DNA of 64,000 nucleotides from Isoptericola halotolerans. GTDB taxonomy: Bacteria; Actinomycetota; Actinomycetes; Actinomycetales; Cellulomonadaceae. This document shows, piece after piece, positions 1 to 10,235 of the stretch (positions are counted from its first letter, which is position 1; each line of letters opens with the position of its first letter). Where the stretch lies: positions 434,001-498,000 of the forward strand of contig NZ_JABEZU010000003.1 in the NCBI RefSeq assembly GCF_013149785.1. Reading direction: 5' to 3'. The position numbers were made by a program, and so were the translations under genes. The notes under the pieces were generated by a model that worked only from the letters and a program-made list of their open reading frames with translations, did no database searches and was not told the origin of the DNA.

Positions 1-982
1 AGTCGAGCTCCCGCTCCACGAGCGTCAGGTCGCCCGACTCCAGGGCCCTGAGCCCTCGCTCCCACAGGTCCAGCACCTGCTTGACCTGCGGCGTGAGCTC
101 GAGGTGGGTCTCGACGTGCTCGCGGACGCGTTGGTAGTACTCCCCCTGCAGGTCGACCGCCGTGGCCGTGCGCCCGTTCGCCAGCTGGACCGGAGCCAGC
201 CCGGACGAGTCATGGCTGATCTCCCGGATCGCCCGGATCGGGTTCTCCAGCGTCAGGTCGCGCACCGGGATACCCGCCTCGACCAGGCGGAGCACCAGGT
301 CGGTGGCACCGACCTTCAGCATCGTCGTGGTCTCCGACATCGACGAGTCCCCGACGATCACGTGCAGCCGGCGATAGTGCTCGGCGTCCGCGTGCGGCTC
401 GTCACGCGTGTTGATGATCGGGCGCGACCGCGTCGTCGCGCTGGAGACGGCCTCCCAGATGTGGTCCGCACGCTGCGACAGGCAGTAGGTGGCACCCCGG
501 GGCGTCGTCAGCACCTTGCCCGCGCCGGTGAGCACCTGGCGCGTGATGAGGAACGGGACAAGCACGTCGCTCAGGCGGGAGAAGTCCCCCTGCCGCCGGA
601 CCAGGTAGTTCTCGTGGCAGCCGTAGGAGTTGCCGGCCGAGTCGGTGTTGTTCTTGAACAGGTGGACCTTGCCCGGCAGGCCCTCGTGCTCGAGGCGTTG
701 CTGGGCGTCGGCGACGAGACCTTCGAGGATCCGCTCACCACCACGGTCGTAGGCGACGAGCTGGCGCACGTCGTCGCACTCGGCCGTGGCGTACTCCGGG
801 TGCGACCCGACGTCGAGGTAGAGCCGCGAACCGTTGCGCAGGAACACGTTGGACGACCGGCCCCACGCCACGACCTTGCGGAAGAGGTAGCGGGCCACCT
901 CGTCGGCACTCAGGCCGCGGCCGTCGTCGGCGGCGCACGTGACGCCGTACTCCGTCTCGAGCCCGAAGATCCGTCGGTCCAT
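1..982 (-). CDS. pafA: Pup--protein ligase (runs off the left edge)
   Basis: Manual translation from ATG 982: [13 protein letters not shown]...[20 protein letters not shown]...[19 protein letters not shown]...[13 protein letters not shown]. Lies downstream of prcA. Missing from the ORF track because no stop falls in the window. Confidence 0.97.
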   Translation of the reverse strand, partial: MDRRIFGLETEYGVTCAADDGRGLSADEVARYLFRKVVAWGRSSNVFLRNGSRLYLDVGSHPEYATAECDDVRQLVAYDRGGERILEGLVADAQQRLEHEGLPGKVHLFKNNTDSAGNSYGCHENYLVRRQGDFSRLSDVLVPFLITRQVLTGAGKVLTTPRGATYCLSQRADHIWEAVSSATTRSRPIINTRDEPHADAEHYRRLHVIVGDSSMSETTTMLKVGATDLVLRLVEAGIPVRDLTLENPIRAIREISHDSSGLAPVQLANGRTATAVDLQGEYYQRVREHVETHLELTPQVKQVLDLWERGLRALESGDLTLVERELD

Positions 983-992
983 GGTCTCCCCC

Positions 993-1712
993 TCAGTCGT
1001 TCCCGGCGAGCAGGCCCGCGAGCACGTCGCCGTGCAGGCGGCGGAACGTACGCCGCGGACGGTCGCGCTCGAGCACCGCGACCTCCAGACCGGACGCCGG
1101 GATGGGGCGCTCGGCGCCCTCGGCCGCGACGGTGCCGTCCGGGGACACCGCGCCGAGCGCGCTCACCGCGACACGGAGCACGGCCCCCAGGTCCATCCCC
1201 TCCGACCACGCGGCACGCACCCGCGCCGTGAGCTGGTCGGCCTGGCCGCCCATCACCACGAAGCCGTGCTCGTCGGCCACGGACCCGTCGTAGCTCAACC
1301 GGTAGAGCTGGTCCTGCGCCGGTGCGGCACCGACCTCGGCCACGACGAGCTCCACCTCCAACGGCTTGGACTCGGTGGTGAACACCGTGCCGAGCGTCTG
1401 GGCGTAGGCGTTCGCCAGCCCGCGGGCCGTGACGTCCGTGCGGTCGTAGGAGTAGCCGCGCAGGTCCGCGTACCGCACCCCGGCGACCCGCAGGTTCTCG
1501 AACTCGTTGTACTTGCCCACCGCAGCGAACGCGATGCGGTCGTAGATCTCGGAGATCTTGTGCAGGGCACGCGACGGGTTCTCGGTCGCGAACGCGATGC
1601 CTCCGGCATAGGCGAGCACGACGACGGACCGCCCGCGTCCGATGCCCTTGCGTGCGAAGTCCGCCCGGTCCTTCATCAGCTGCTCGGGCGAGACGTAGAA
1701 CGGCATGCTCAT
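993..1712 (-). CDS. prcA: 20S proteasome alpha subunit
   Basis: [29 protein letters not shown]...[30 protein letters not shown] overlap with the prcB stop. Confidence 0.97.
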   Translation of the reverse strand: MSMPFYVSPEQLMKDRADFARKGIGRGRSVVVLAYAGGIAFATENPSRALHKISEIYDRIAFAAVGKYNEFENLRVAGVRYADLRGYSYDRTDVTARGLANAYAQTLGTVFTTESKPLEVELVVAEVGAAPAQDQLYRLSYDGSVADEHGFVVMGGQADQLTARVRAAWSEGMDLGAVLRVAVSALGAVSPDGTVAAEGAERPIPASGLEVAVLERDRPRRTFRRLHGDVLAGLLAGND

Positions 1713-2566
1713 GCGTGCTGGCCTCCCTCGCTGCGTGCGGCGACGATCCGTCCGACGACCGCCGCGAGCGTCTCGTCGTCGACGCGGCGGTAGCCCTCGG
1801 CCGTCACCGTGGCGACCACCGGCCAGATCCTGCGCACGGTGTCCGGCCCGCCGGTCGCGCTGTCGTCGTCGGCCGCGTCGTAGAGGGCCTCCACGGCGAC
1901 CGAGACGGCACCCTCGGAGTCCAGCCCGGCTCGCCACAGCTTCTTCAGCGCACCGCGGGCGAAGACCGAGCCGGAGCCCACCGAGTGGTGCTCACGCTCC
2001 TCGTACCGCCCGCCGGTGACGTCGAAGCTGAAGATCCGGCCCGTCCCGCGATCCAGGTCGTAGCCGCCGAACAGCGGGACCACCGCCAGCCCCTGCAGGG
2101 CCATGGGAAGGTTGCCGCGGATCATCGTCGCGAGCCGGTTGGCCTTGCCGTCGAGGGACAGCAGCGAGCCCTCGATCTTCTCGTAGTGCTCGAGCTCGAG
2201 CTGGAAGAGCCTCACGAGCTCCACGGCGATGCCGGCCGACCCGGCGATGCCCACCGCCGAGTACTCGTCCGCCGCGAACACCTTCTCGATCTCCCGGCTG
2301 GCGATCATGCTGCCCATCGTGGCGCGACGGTCACCGGCCAGCACCACGCCACGCTCTCCGTCGGTGCCGAACGTCAGGGCGACGATCGTGGTGGCGTGCG
2401 GGGCCAGGTCGGCGGTGCTCGGAAGGGTGGCCGTGCCAGGTGTCGAACGGTTGCCGGGCAACAGCTCCGGTGCGTGCGCCGTCAGGAAGTCCACGAAGGA
2501 GCTCGACCCCGGACGCAGGAACGCGTCCGGCAGCCGGCCCGAGGCGTCAGCAGGACTCATCGACAC
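1709..2566 (-). CDS. prcB: 20S proteasome beta subunit with propeptide
   Basis: Propeptide followed by [38 protein letters not shown]. Confidence 0.97.
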   Translation of the reverse strand: MSMSPADASGRLPDAFLRPGSSSFVDFLTAHAPELLPGNRSTPGTATLPSTADLAPHATTIVALTFGTDGERGVVLAGDRRATMGSMIASREIEKVFAADEYSAVGIAGSAGIAVELVRLFQLELEHYEKIEGSLLSLDGKANRLATMIRGNLPMALQGLAVVPLFGGYDLDRGTGRIFSFDVTGGRYEEREHHSVGSGSVFARGALKKLWRAGLDSEGAVSVAVEALYDAADDDSATGGPDTVRRIWPVVATVTAEGYRRVDDETLAAVVGRIVAARSEGGQHA

Positions 2567-2764
2567 TCACTGCCCGCCCTTCTGCACGAAGCCGCGCACG
2601 AACGACTCGGCGTTCGACTCGAGGACCTCGTCGATCTCCTCCAGCAGCGAGTCGACCTCGGCGTCGGACTCGGAGACCTGCGGGGCGACCGGTGCCGGCA
2701 CCTCCGCGTCGTCGTCGGGCGTCCGGTCGTCGCGCTGCGGGTTGACGCGTTCCTGACCAGCCAT
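2567..2764 (-). CDS. pup: Prokaryotic ubiquitin-like protein Pup (C-terminal Gln type)
   Basis: 65 aa, LLEEIDEVLESNAESFVRGFVQKGGQ; SD GGAGG upstream. Confidence 0.98.
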   Translation of the reverse strand: MAGQERVNPQRDDRTPDDDAEVPAPVAPQVSESDAEVDSLLEEIDEVLESNAESFVRGFVQKGGQ

Positions 2765-2840
2765 GGGGTCCGCCTCCTTCGTCGTTGCTTCGAGGTGTGG
2801 TCAGCCTATGCCGTGCGGGGGACGATGCGAGCCGGGCGGC

Positions 2841-4475
2841 TCACGTGTCGCCGCGCAGACCGGCCAGCAGCGCGGCCGCGTCCGGGCTGGCGTCCAGCAG
2901 CTCGCCGATGTGCGCGGCGGTACCGCGCAGCGGGTCCAGCATGGGCACCCGTTGCAGCGACGCAGCGCCCGGGACGTCGAAGATCACCGAGTCCCAGCTC
3001 GCCGCGGAGATCTCGTCCGGGAAACGCTCCATGACCTCCCCCCGGAACCATGCCCGGGTGTCGTGCGGCGGGTGGTGGACCGCTCGGGCGAGGTCGTCCT
3101 CGGACACCAGTCGTTCGACGGCTCCCGCCGCCAGGAGACGGTGGTAGACGCCACGCTCGGGCCGGACGTCGGACCACTGCAGGTCCATCGCGAGCAACCG
3201 CGGATGGTCCCAGGCCAGGCCGTCACGACGACGCAACCGGTCCAGCAGGCGTAGCTTGGCGACCCACTCGACCTCGCGGGCGCAGGACGACGGGTCCTGG
3301 CCCAGGCGTCCGATCACCGAGCGCCACCGCTCGACCACCGCGTCGGACTCGGCGTCGGTCCCGAGCGCCGCCAGCGAGCGGGCGGCCACGTCGAGGTAGC
3401 GGGCCTGGATCTCCAGCGCCGTCGCCGTCGACCCGTCCGCGAGCTCCAGGGGCACCGACAGGTCGAGGTCGCGCGAGACCCGGCGCACGTCGCCGACGGG
3501 GTCGGCGAGCCGGAGCGCCGCGAGCTCCGCGCGCGCCGGGACCCCGGCCTCGGCGAGGTCACCGAGGTGCTCGGCGACCCAGAGCACCAACGACGTGGTG
3601 CCGAGCTTGAGATAGGTCGCCACCTCGAGGTGGTTGGCGTCGCCGAGGATGAGGTGCAGCCGCCGCCAGCGGGTCCGGTCGGCGTGGGGCTCGTCGCGCG
3701 TGTTGACGATCGGCCTGCGCAGCGTGGTCTCGAGCCCGACCTCGGCCTCCATGTAGTCGGCTCGCTGGGAGAGCTGGAACCCTGCCTCGTCCCCCGTCGG
3801 GCCGAGACCGACACGCCCCGAGCCCGTGAAGACCTGGCGCGTGACCAGGAACGGGGTGAGCAGCTCGACGATGGTGCCGAACTCGAGCCTCCGGTCGACG
3901 AGGTAGTTCTCGTGGGTGCCGTAGCTGGCCCCCTTGCCGTCGGCGTTGTTCTTGTACAGCACGACCTCCGAGCCGGGCACCTGCGCGAGCCGGCGGGTCG
4001 CCGCGAGCATCACCCGCTCCCCGGCCACGTCCCACAGCACGCCGTCGCGCGGGTTCGTCACCTCGGGCGAGGAGTACTCCGGGTGCGCGTGGTCCACGTA
4101 GAGCCGCGCCCCGTTGGTGAGGATGCAGTTCGCGGCGCTCGGGTCGTCGTACTCCTCCGCCTCGGGACGCTCGATCCGTTCGGGGCCCGAGGGCCGGTCC
4201 ACCACCGGTCCCGAGGGGGCGGGCGACGTGGGGTCGTCGGTGAGCAACGACGGGTGAGCGGAGGCGCGCTGCAGGTGGAACCCCCGCGCGTCGGCCAGCG
4301 GGTCCTCGTCGTCGTAGTCCCAGCGCGCCGGCGGGTGCCCGGGCCGTCCACCCTGGACCGACGCGCGGTAGGTGGTGACCACCTGCGAGCTCATGAGCAT
4401 CGGGTTGGCCGTGGGCCGCCCCGGCGCCAGCACGCCGTACTCCGTCTCGATCCCCATCACGCGTCGCACCGTCAC
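2841..4475 (-). CDS. dop: Pup deamidase/depupylase
   Basis: RRVMGIETEYG, NGARLYVDHAHPEYSSPE, YKNNADGKGASYGTHENY, SAASWDSVIFD. Confidence 0.97.
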   Translation of the reverse strand: MTVRRVMGIETEYGVLAPGRPTANPMLMSSQVVTTYRASVQGGRPGHPPARWDYDDEDPLADARGFHLQRASAHPSLLTDDPTSPAPSGPVVDRPSGPERIERPEAEEYDDPSAANCILTNGARLYVDHAHPEYSSPEVTNPRDGVLWDVAGERVMLAATRRLAQVPGSEVVLYKNNADGKGASYGTHENYLVDRRLEFGTIVELLTPFLVTRQVFTGSGRVGLGPTGDEAGFQLSQRADYMEAEVGLETTLRRPIVNTRDEPHADRTRWRRLHLILGDANHLEVATYLKLGTTSLVLWVAEHLGDLAEAGVPARAELAALRLADPVGDVRRVSRDLDLSVPLELADGSTATALEIQARYLDVAARSLAALGTDAESDAVVERWRSVIGRLGQDPSSCAREVEWVAKLRLLDRLRRRDGLAWDHPRLLAMDLQWSDVRPERGVYHRLLAAGAVERLVSEDDLARAVHHPPHDTRAWFRGEVMERFPDEISAASWDSVIFDVPGAASLQRVPMLDPLRGTAAHIGELLDASPDAAALLAGLRGDT

Positions 4476-4574
4476 GTTGCCACCCTATGCGTCCGGCCGT
4501 GCCGGGCACGGCGCCCGCCCGCAGGGAGAGACGACACCCACGGGTCCGCCCGCCGTCGCCCCTAGGCTGTGCCC

Positions 4575-6164
4575 GTGAACGACTGGTTCGAGGCCACCGT
4601 CCCGCACGACGGGTGCGGTGCGGCCGCGCGCGCCGTCGACTGGGGCTCGACGAGCCTGGGCCACCCCCGCGCCTGGCCGGAAGGCCTGCGCTCCGCCGTC
4701 GAGCTCTGCTTCAGCACCCTGTTCCCGACGCTGGTGACCTGGGGCCCGGACCTGGTCATGATCTACAACGACGGCTACCGCCGCATGCTGGGCTCGGACC
4801 TCCACCCACGGGCGATGGGGTGCCCGGCCGCCGAGCTGTGGGGCCAGATATGGGAGGACGTCGGGCCGTTGTTCGACGAGGTGCTCACGAGCGGCGAGCC
4901 GACCTGGAACGAAGACATGCTGCTGTGGATGAACCGGTCGGGCTATGTCGAGGAGACCCGGTTCACGTTCTCCTACAGCCCGCTGCGCGACGCGGACGGC
5001 GTCGTGCGTGGCGTGATGGACATCGCCACCGAGACCACGCAGCAGGTGGTCGACCAGCGACGCCTGGGCACCCTCGGCCTGCTCTCGACCGCGCTGCACG
5101 GACATCGCGACAGCCCTGCGGAGGTGGCCGAGGCCGCCACTGTGGTACTGGCGGCGAGCGCGGACGTCGAGCAGGCGCACCTCTACCTGGGGACGGAGCT
5201 CGTCTCCTCCACCGGCGACGGACCCTCGGCCCGCCCCACGGACGTCGACGACGTCCTGGGCGGCGGTCCGGGATCCTGGCGCGAGGGAACCCTGGTGGCG
5301 CCGCTCGGCGCACGGCGGGGCCGTCCCCCGCTCGGAGCGCTCGTCCTCGTCGGGAACCGCCGTCGTCCGCTCGACGACGCCCAGCACTCGTTCCTCGAGC
5401 TCCTGACCCGCACGACGGGTACGGCGCTCCTCGAGGCCGAGGAGCACCGTCGGGAGGTCGCCGAGGCCCGCTCGGTCAGCGACGCGCTCCAGCGCGCCAT
5501 GGTGCCGTCTCCACCTGACTCGCCCCGCTGGTGCACCCGCTACCGACCGGCCGACGACACGCTGGACGTCGGAGGCGACTGGTTCGACGTCGTGGACCAG
5601 CCCGGCGGGACGTCCGGGCTGGTGGTGGGCGACTGCGTCGGCCACGGGGTGGAGGCCGCGGCGTGCATGGGCCGACTCAGCAGCGCGGGCCGTGCCGTGA
5701 TGCTCGCCGGAGCAGGGCCCGCCCAGGCGCTGGAGACGATGGACGACTTCGCCCGGACCAATCCGGGCACCGAGTTCGCCACCGTCTTCTGCGGCGTCGT
5801 GGACCCCGTGCGCCGCGTCCTGGTGTACTCCAGCGCCGGGCACCCCCCGGCCCTCGTCGTCGCGGCAGACGGGTCGACCCGGTGGTTGGACCAGGCACGC
5901 GGCATGCCGCTGGCGGTCTCGCGCGAGCGGCGCGCGGAGCATGCCGAGCAGCTGCAGCCCGGGGACACCGTGCTCCTCTACACCGACGGACTCGTCGAAC
6001 GCCGCGACGAGACCCTCGGCGCCGGTCTGGTGAGACTGGCTCGCGCCGCCGCGGCGGCCTGCGGCACGGCCACCCTGCAGGAGATCCCCGACCGGCTCCT
6101 GGTCGACGTCCCGGCAGGGGAGGCCCGCGACGACGTCGCCCTCGTGCTCTACCGGGTGCCGTGA
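4575..6164 (+). CDS. PAS-like sensor plus PP2C/SpoIIE-family protein phosphatase
   Basis: N-terminal DWGSTSLGHPRAWP...WGPDLVMIYND...EETRFTFSYSPLRD; C-terminal VGGDWFD, VGDCVGHG, SAGHPP, LYTDGLVE, DDVA. Start placed at GTG 4575, 6 nt after TAGGCT. Confidence 0.9.
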   Translation: MNDWFEATVPHDGCGAAARAVDWGSTSLGHPRAWPEGLRSAVELCFSTLFPTLVTWGPDLVMIYNDGYRRMLGSDLHPRAMGCPAAELWGQIWEDVGPLFDEVLTSGEPTWNEDMLLWMNRSGYVEETRFTFSYSPLRDADGVVRGVMDIATETTQQVVDQRRLGTLGLLSTALHGHRDSPAEVAEAATVVLAASADVEQAHLYLGTELVSSTGDGPSARPTDVDDVLGGGPGSWREGTLVAPLGARRGRPPLGALVLVGNRRRPLDDAQHSFLELLTRTTGTALLEAEEHRREVAEARSVSDALQRAMVPSPPDSPRWCTRYRPADDTLDVGGDWFDVVDQPGGTSGLVVGDCVGHGVEAAACMGRLSSAGRAVMLAGAGPAQALETMDDFARTNPGTEFATVFCGVVDPVRRVLVYSSAGHPPALVVAADGSTRWLDQARGMPLAVSRERRAEHAEQLQPGDTVLLYTDGLVERRDETLGAGLVRLARAAAAACGTATLQEIPDRLLVDVPAGEARDDVALVLYRVP

Positions 6165-6206
6165 GCGGCGCCGCGCGGTGCGCGACGGCACCGCGCGGCC
6201 GTCGTC

Positions 6207-7860
6207 CTACAGGTACTGGCCGGTCGAGCTCACCGTGTCGATCGTGCGCGGGGTGCCGTTCTCGCCCTTCTTGGTCACGATCGTGCGGATGAAGACGATG
6301 CGCTCACCCTTCTTGCCGCTGATGCGCGCCCAGTCGTCCGGGTTCGTGGTGTTGGGCAGGTCCTCGTTCTCGTGGAACTCGTCCACGCACGCCGAGAGCA
6401 GGTGCTCCACCCGGATGCCGCGCTTGCCCGTGGCCAGCAGGTCCTTGATCGCCGACTTCTTCGCGCGGTCGACGACGTTCTCGATCATCGCCCCGGAGTT
6501 GAAGTCCTTGAAGTACAGCGTCTCCTTGTCCCCGCTGGCGTAGGTCACCTCGAGGAACTGGTTCTCCTCGTCCTCGGCGTACATCCGCTCCACGACCGAG
6601 CGGATCATCGCCTGGACCGCCTCGGCACGATCGCCGCCGTGCTCGGCGACGTCGTCGTCGTTGATCGGCAGGTCGGCCGTGAGGTACTTGCCGAAGATCT
6701 CGGTGGCGCCCTCGGCGTCCGGCCGTTCGATCTTGATCTTCACGTCCAGGCGACCGGGACGCAGGATCGCCGGGTCGATCATGTCCTCCCGGTTCGACGC
6801 CCCGATGACGATGACGTTGTCCAGCCGCTCGACGCCGTCGATCTCGGCGAGGAGCTGCGGCACGATCGTGGTCTCCACGTCCGAGGAGAGCCCCGTCCCG
6901 CGCGTGCGGAACAGCGACTCCATCTCGTCGAAGAACACCACGACCGGCATGCCCTGCGTCGCCTTCTCCCGGGCCCGGGCGAAGATCAACCGGATGTGCC
7001 GTTCGGTCTCGCCGACGTACTTGTTCAGCAGCTCGGGCCCCTTGACGTTGAGGAAGAAGCTCTTCGCGCTCGGGTCCCCGCCACGCTTCTCCGCCACCAT
7101 CTTCGCCAGCGACGCCGCCACCGCCTTGGCGATGAGTGTCTTGCCGCAGCCCGGCGGCCCGTACAGGAGCACCCCCCTTGGGCGGGCGCAGCCCGTGCTC
7201 ACGGTAGAGGTCGGGGTGGGAGAAGGGCAGCTCGACGGCGTCGCGGATCTGCTCGATCTGCGGCCCCAGCCCGCCGATGTCCTCGTAGGCGATGTCCGGG
7301 ACCTCCTCGAGGACGAGCTCCTCCACCTCGGACTTGGGCACCACCTCGAACACGAACCCGCTGCGCATGTCGACGGTCAGCGCGTCGCCCACCCGCAGCG
7401 GCGCGCCCAGTACCGAACCCGCCAGGCGGACGACCCGCTCCTCGTCCGCGCGACCGACGACCAGGACACGCTCGGCGTCGAGCACCTCCTTGATGGTCAC
7501 CAGCTCACCGATGCGCTCGTAGCCACCCGCGGCGACGACGGTCATCGCCTCGTTCAGCTTGACCTCCTGACCCGGCGCCAGCGCGTCGAGGTCCAGCCCG
7601 GGGCTGGCCTGCACGTGCATCTTGCGACCGGACGAGACCACGTCGACGGAGCCGTCGTCGTGCGCCGCCAGGAACGTGGCGTACGTCCCGGGAGGCTTCG
7701 CCAGGTCGTCGATCTGCTTCTTGAGCTCGACGATCTGGTCCCGCGCGGCGCGCAGCGCCTCGGCGAGCCGCTCGTTCTTCGCCGCGAGCAGCGCCAGCTG
7801 CGCCTCGCGGCCCGACGGCGCGGTCTGGACCGGCTCCGGGCGGACAGGGTGGTCGGTCAT
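6207..7860 (-). CDS. arc: Proteasome ATPase ARC/Mpa, split by a +1 frameshift at 7172-7177 (sequencing error or pseudogene)
   Basis: 5' frame: coiled coil, KPPGTY, OB domains, [15 protein letters not shown]...LRPPK. 3' frame: [22 protein letters not shown]-terminal GQYL. Junction reads AAGGGGGGTG (G6) where K-G-V needs G5. Confidence 0.95.
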
Positions 7861-8033
7861 CGCGTCCCCTCTCGTGCGGCCCGGGCGGCATCCTCCACCG
7901 GCGAGGAGGAACCCCCGAGACACAGCACACTAAGGGTCAACACCCCGATCGCGTCGGTCATTTCACGTTTCGGTCGCGGAGTTCACATGATCCAGACCTC
8001 GCCGTGACCGGCTTGTGACCTGCAGGCCGTCGC

Positions 8034-9017
8034 TCAGTCCTGCGGCGCCTGACCGACCTCCCGTCGGACCCGGCGCACCTTCTTGTCCGAGACCGGGCGC
8101 TCGCCGAGATCGTCCTCGGTCCACTCGGCGTCGGTCGTGCCCGGGTAGGCGCCCTTCGCGGGGCGCCGCTTGCGCTCGGGCGGGGCGACGCCGTCCGCCA
8201 GCCGCCGCGCGGTGACGAGGAAGCCCGTGTGGCCGATCATCCGGTGCTGCGGCCGCACGGCCAGCCCTTCGAGGTGCCAGCCGCGGACCATCGACTCCCA
8301 CGCCGTCGGCTCGGCGAACCGGCCGTCGGCACGCAGGTCCTCCGCCGTCCGCGAGAGCTGGGTGGCCGTCGCCACGTAGCAGACCAGCACGCCGCCGGGC
8401 GCGAGCGTCCGTGCGACCGCGTCGACGTTCTCCCATGGCGCGAGCATGTCCAGCACGATCCTGTCGACGGTCCCCGGCTCGACGACGTCGGCCACGCGGT
8501 CGGCGAAGTCGCCGACGTGCAGGCGCCAGGCGGGGTGCTCGGTGCCGAAGAACGACTCGACGTTCCCTCGGGCGATCGCCGCGAAGTCCTCGCGGCGCTC
8601 GATCGAGTGCAGCTCGCCGGTGTCTCCGACCGCACGCAGCAGGGACAGCGTCAGCGCCCCGGACCCGACGCCCGCCTCGACGACCCGCGCGCCGGGGAAG
8701 ATGTCGGCCATCTGGACGATCTGGCCGGCGTCCTTGGGGTAGACGACGGCGGCACCGCGGGGCATCGACAGCACGTAGTCGCTGAGCAGCGGCCGCAGCG
8801 CGAGGTACTCGATCCCGGCGGTGTTCGTCACCACCCAGCCTTCCGGCCGGCCGATGAGGTCCTCGTGACGGAAGTAGCCCTTGTGGGTGTGGAACGTCGC
8901 TCCCTCGGCGAGCGTGATGGTGTGCATCCGACCCTTGGGGTCGGTGAGCTGGACCTTGTCGCCGACGCGCAGCGGTCCGCGGCGTTCGTCGGCGCCGGTA
9001 GCGGCAGGAGAAGTCAC
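8034..9017 (-). CDS. trmI: tRNA (adenine58-N1)-methyltransferase
   Basis: LSMPRGAAVVYPKDAGQI, VVEAGVGSGALT, LDMLAPWE, VRPQHRMIGHTGFL; usual position upstream of arc. Confidence 0.95.
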   Translation of the reverse strand: MTSPAATGADERRGPLRVGDKVQLTDPKGRMHTITLAEGATFHTHKGYFRHEDLIGRPEGWVVTNTAGIEYLALRPLLSDYVLSMPRGAAVVYPKDAGQIVQMADIFPGARVVEAGVGSGALTLSLLRAVGDTGELHSIERREDFAAIARGNVESFFGTEHPAWRLHVGDFADRVADVVEPGTVDRIVLDMLAPWENVDAVARTLAPGGVLVCYVATATQLSRTAEDLRADGRFAEPTAWESMVRGWHLEGLAVRPQHRMIGHTGFLVTARRLADGVAPPERKRRPAKGAYPGTTDAEWTEDDLGERPVSDKKVRRVRREVGQAPQD

Positions 9018-9028
9018 GAGGGTCGAGT

Positions 9029-10162
9029 CTACTGATCACCCGGCGGTCGCACCGCCGTCGCCACCCGGGCGACGTCGAGCACCCCGGAGACCCGGCCGTC
9101 ATCGAGCACCGGCACCAGCCGTGCACCCTGCGAGGTCCCGGCCAGGTGTCGCAGGAGATCCGGTCCGCCCTCGTCGGCGCCGACGGCCGATCCCGGCGCG
9201 AACGGCACCATCACCGCACCGACGGGCGTCGCGGCCGCCTGCGCGGGCGGGATGGCGGCGACGGCTCGCGGGTCGACCCAGCCGACCGGTGCTCCGGCGT
9301 CGTCGACGACCACCACGACGACGTCCCCCTCGGCGTCGACCGCCGCACGGGCGGCCTGCGCGGCGGGTGCACCGTCCTTGACGACGGCGGCGGGCACCGC
9401 CAGGGAGCGGACGGTGACGCCCGCGAGCCGCTCGCGCCGCCGGCCGGCCCGCATCGCCTCCGTGGCCCCCGACCAGAGGAACGCGCCGATCAGCGCCGCC
9501 CACATGACGGTCACCCAGGACGGCTGCCGCCCGGTCGCCAGCGGCCACGCCAGCGCACCGACGACCACCCCGACGCCCACGACGCGGCCGACCCAGCCGG
9601 CGACCAGGGTGCCCCGGGTGCGAGACCCGGTCGCCGCCCACACCGCGGACTCCAGCACCTGACCGCCGTCCAGCGGCAGCCCCGGGAGCAGGTTGAACGC
9701 CCCGACGAACGCGTTCGAGAAGGCTCCCGCGTACAGCAGCAGCGCCGGGACCGACGCCTGGGTCTGCGCCTGGAACCCGATCCAGAAGGCCACCGCGAGC
9801 GCGAGGTTGGTCAGCGGCCCCACCACGGCGACCAGCGCACTGTCCAGCGGGCGGGCGCCACCGCCGGAGTACGCGGTGTGGCCGCCCCACAGCGTCAGCG
9901 CGAGCTCGTCGACACGGTGCCCCCGCGACCGCGCGACCAGGGCGTGCGCGACCTCGTGGCAGAACACCGAGGCGAAGAGCAGCAGCACGAACGCGAACGA
10001 GACGACGATCACGCCGGTGGAGTCCATGCCGGGGGCGAAGGCACGCACGGTCGGTGCGAAGAGGACGGTCAGGACGACGGCGGCGAGGAACCACGACGGC
10101 GTCACCAGCACGGGGGCGCCGGCGACACGGCCGATCCGCCAGCCGGAGGAACGGGGAGGCAC
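9029..10162 (-). CDS. Site-2 protease (peptidase M50) with CBS-like C-terminus
   Basis: HEVAH, GPLTN, FNLLPGLPLDGG and multiple TM segments. Confidence 0.93.
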   Translation of the reverse strand: MPPRSSGWRIGRVAGAPVLVTPSWFLAAVVLTVLFAPTVRAFAPGMDSTGVIVVSFAFVLLLFASVFCHEVAHALVARSRGHRVDELALTLWGGHTAYSGGGARPLDSALVAVVGPLTNLALAVAFWIGFQAQTQASVPALLLYAGAFSNAFVGAFNLLPGLPLDGGQVLESAVWAATGSRTRGTLVAGWVGRVVGVGVVVGALAWPLATGRQPSWVTVMWAALIGAFLWSGATEAMRAGRRRERLAGVTVRSLAVPAAVVKDGAPAAQAARAAVDAEGDVVVVVVDDAGAPVGWVDPRAVAAIPPAQAAATPVGAVMVPFAPGSAVGADEGGPDLLRHLAGTSQGARLVPVLDDGRVSGVLDVARVATAVRPPGDQ

Positions 10163-10206
10163 GGACCCAGGCTATCGGTGCGGACCTGTGGACGACGCGA
10201 CGGCGG

Positions 10207-10228
10207 TGTGGGCGGCCCGCCGTAGGGT
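10207..10228 (+). promoter_or_regulatory. Candidate PafBC (RecA-NDp type) promoter
   Basis: TGTGGG-N10-TAGGGT, 7 nt before ATG 10236; 5/6 match to TGTCGG-N10-TANNNT. Confidence 0.5.
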
Positions 10229-10235
10229 GGCGCGC

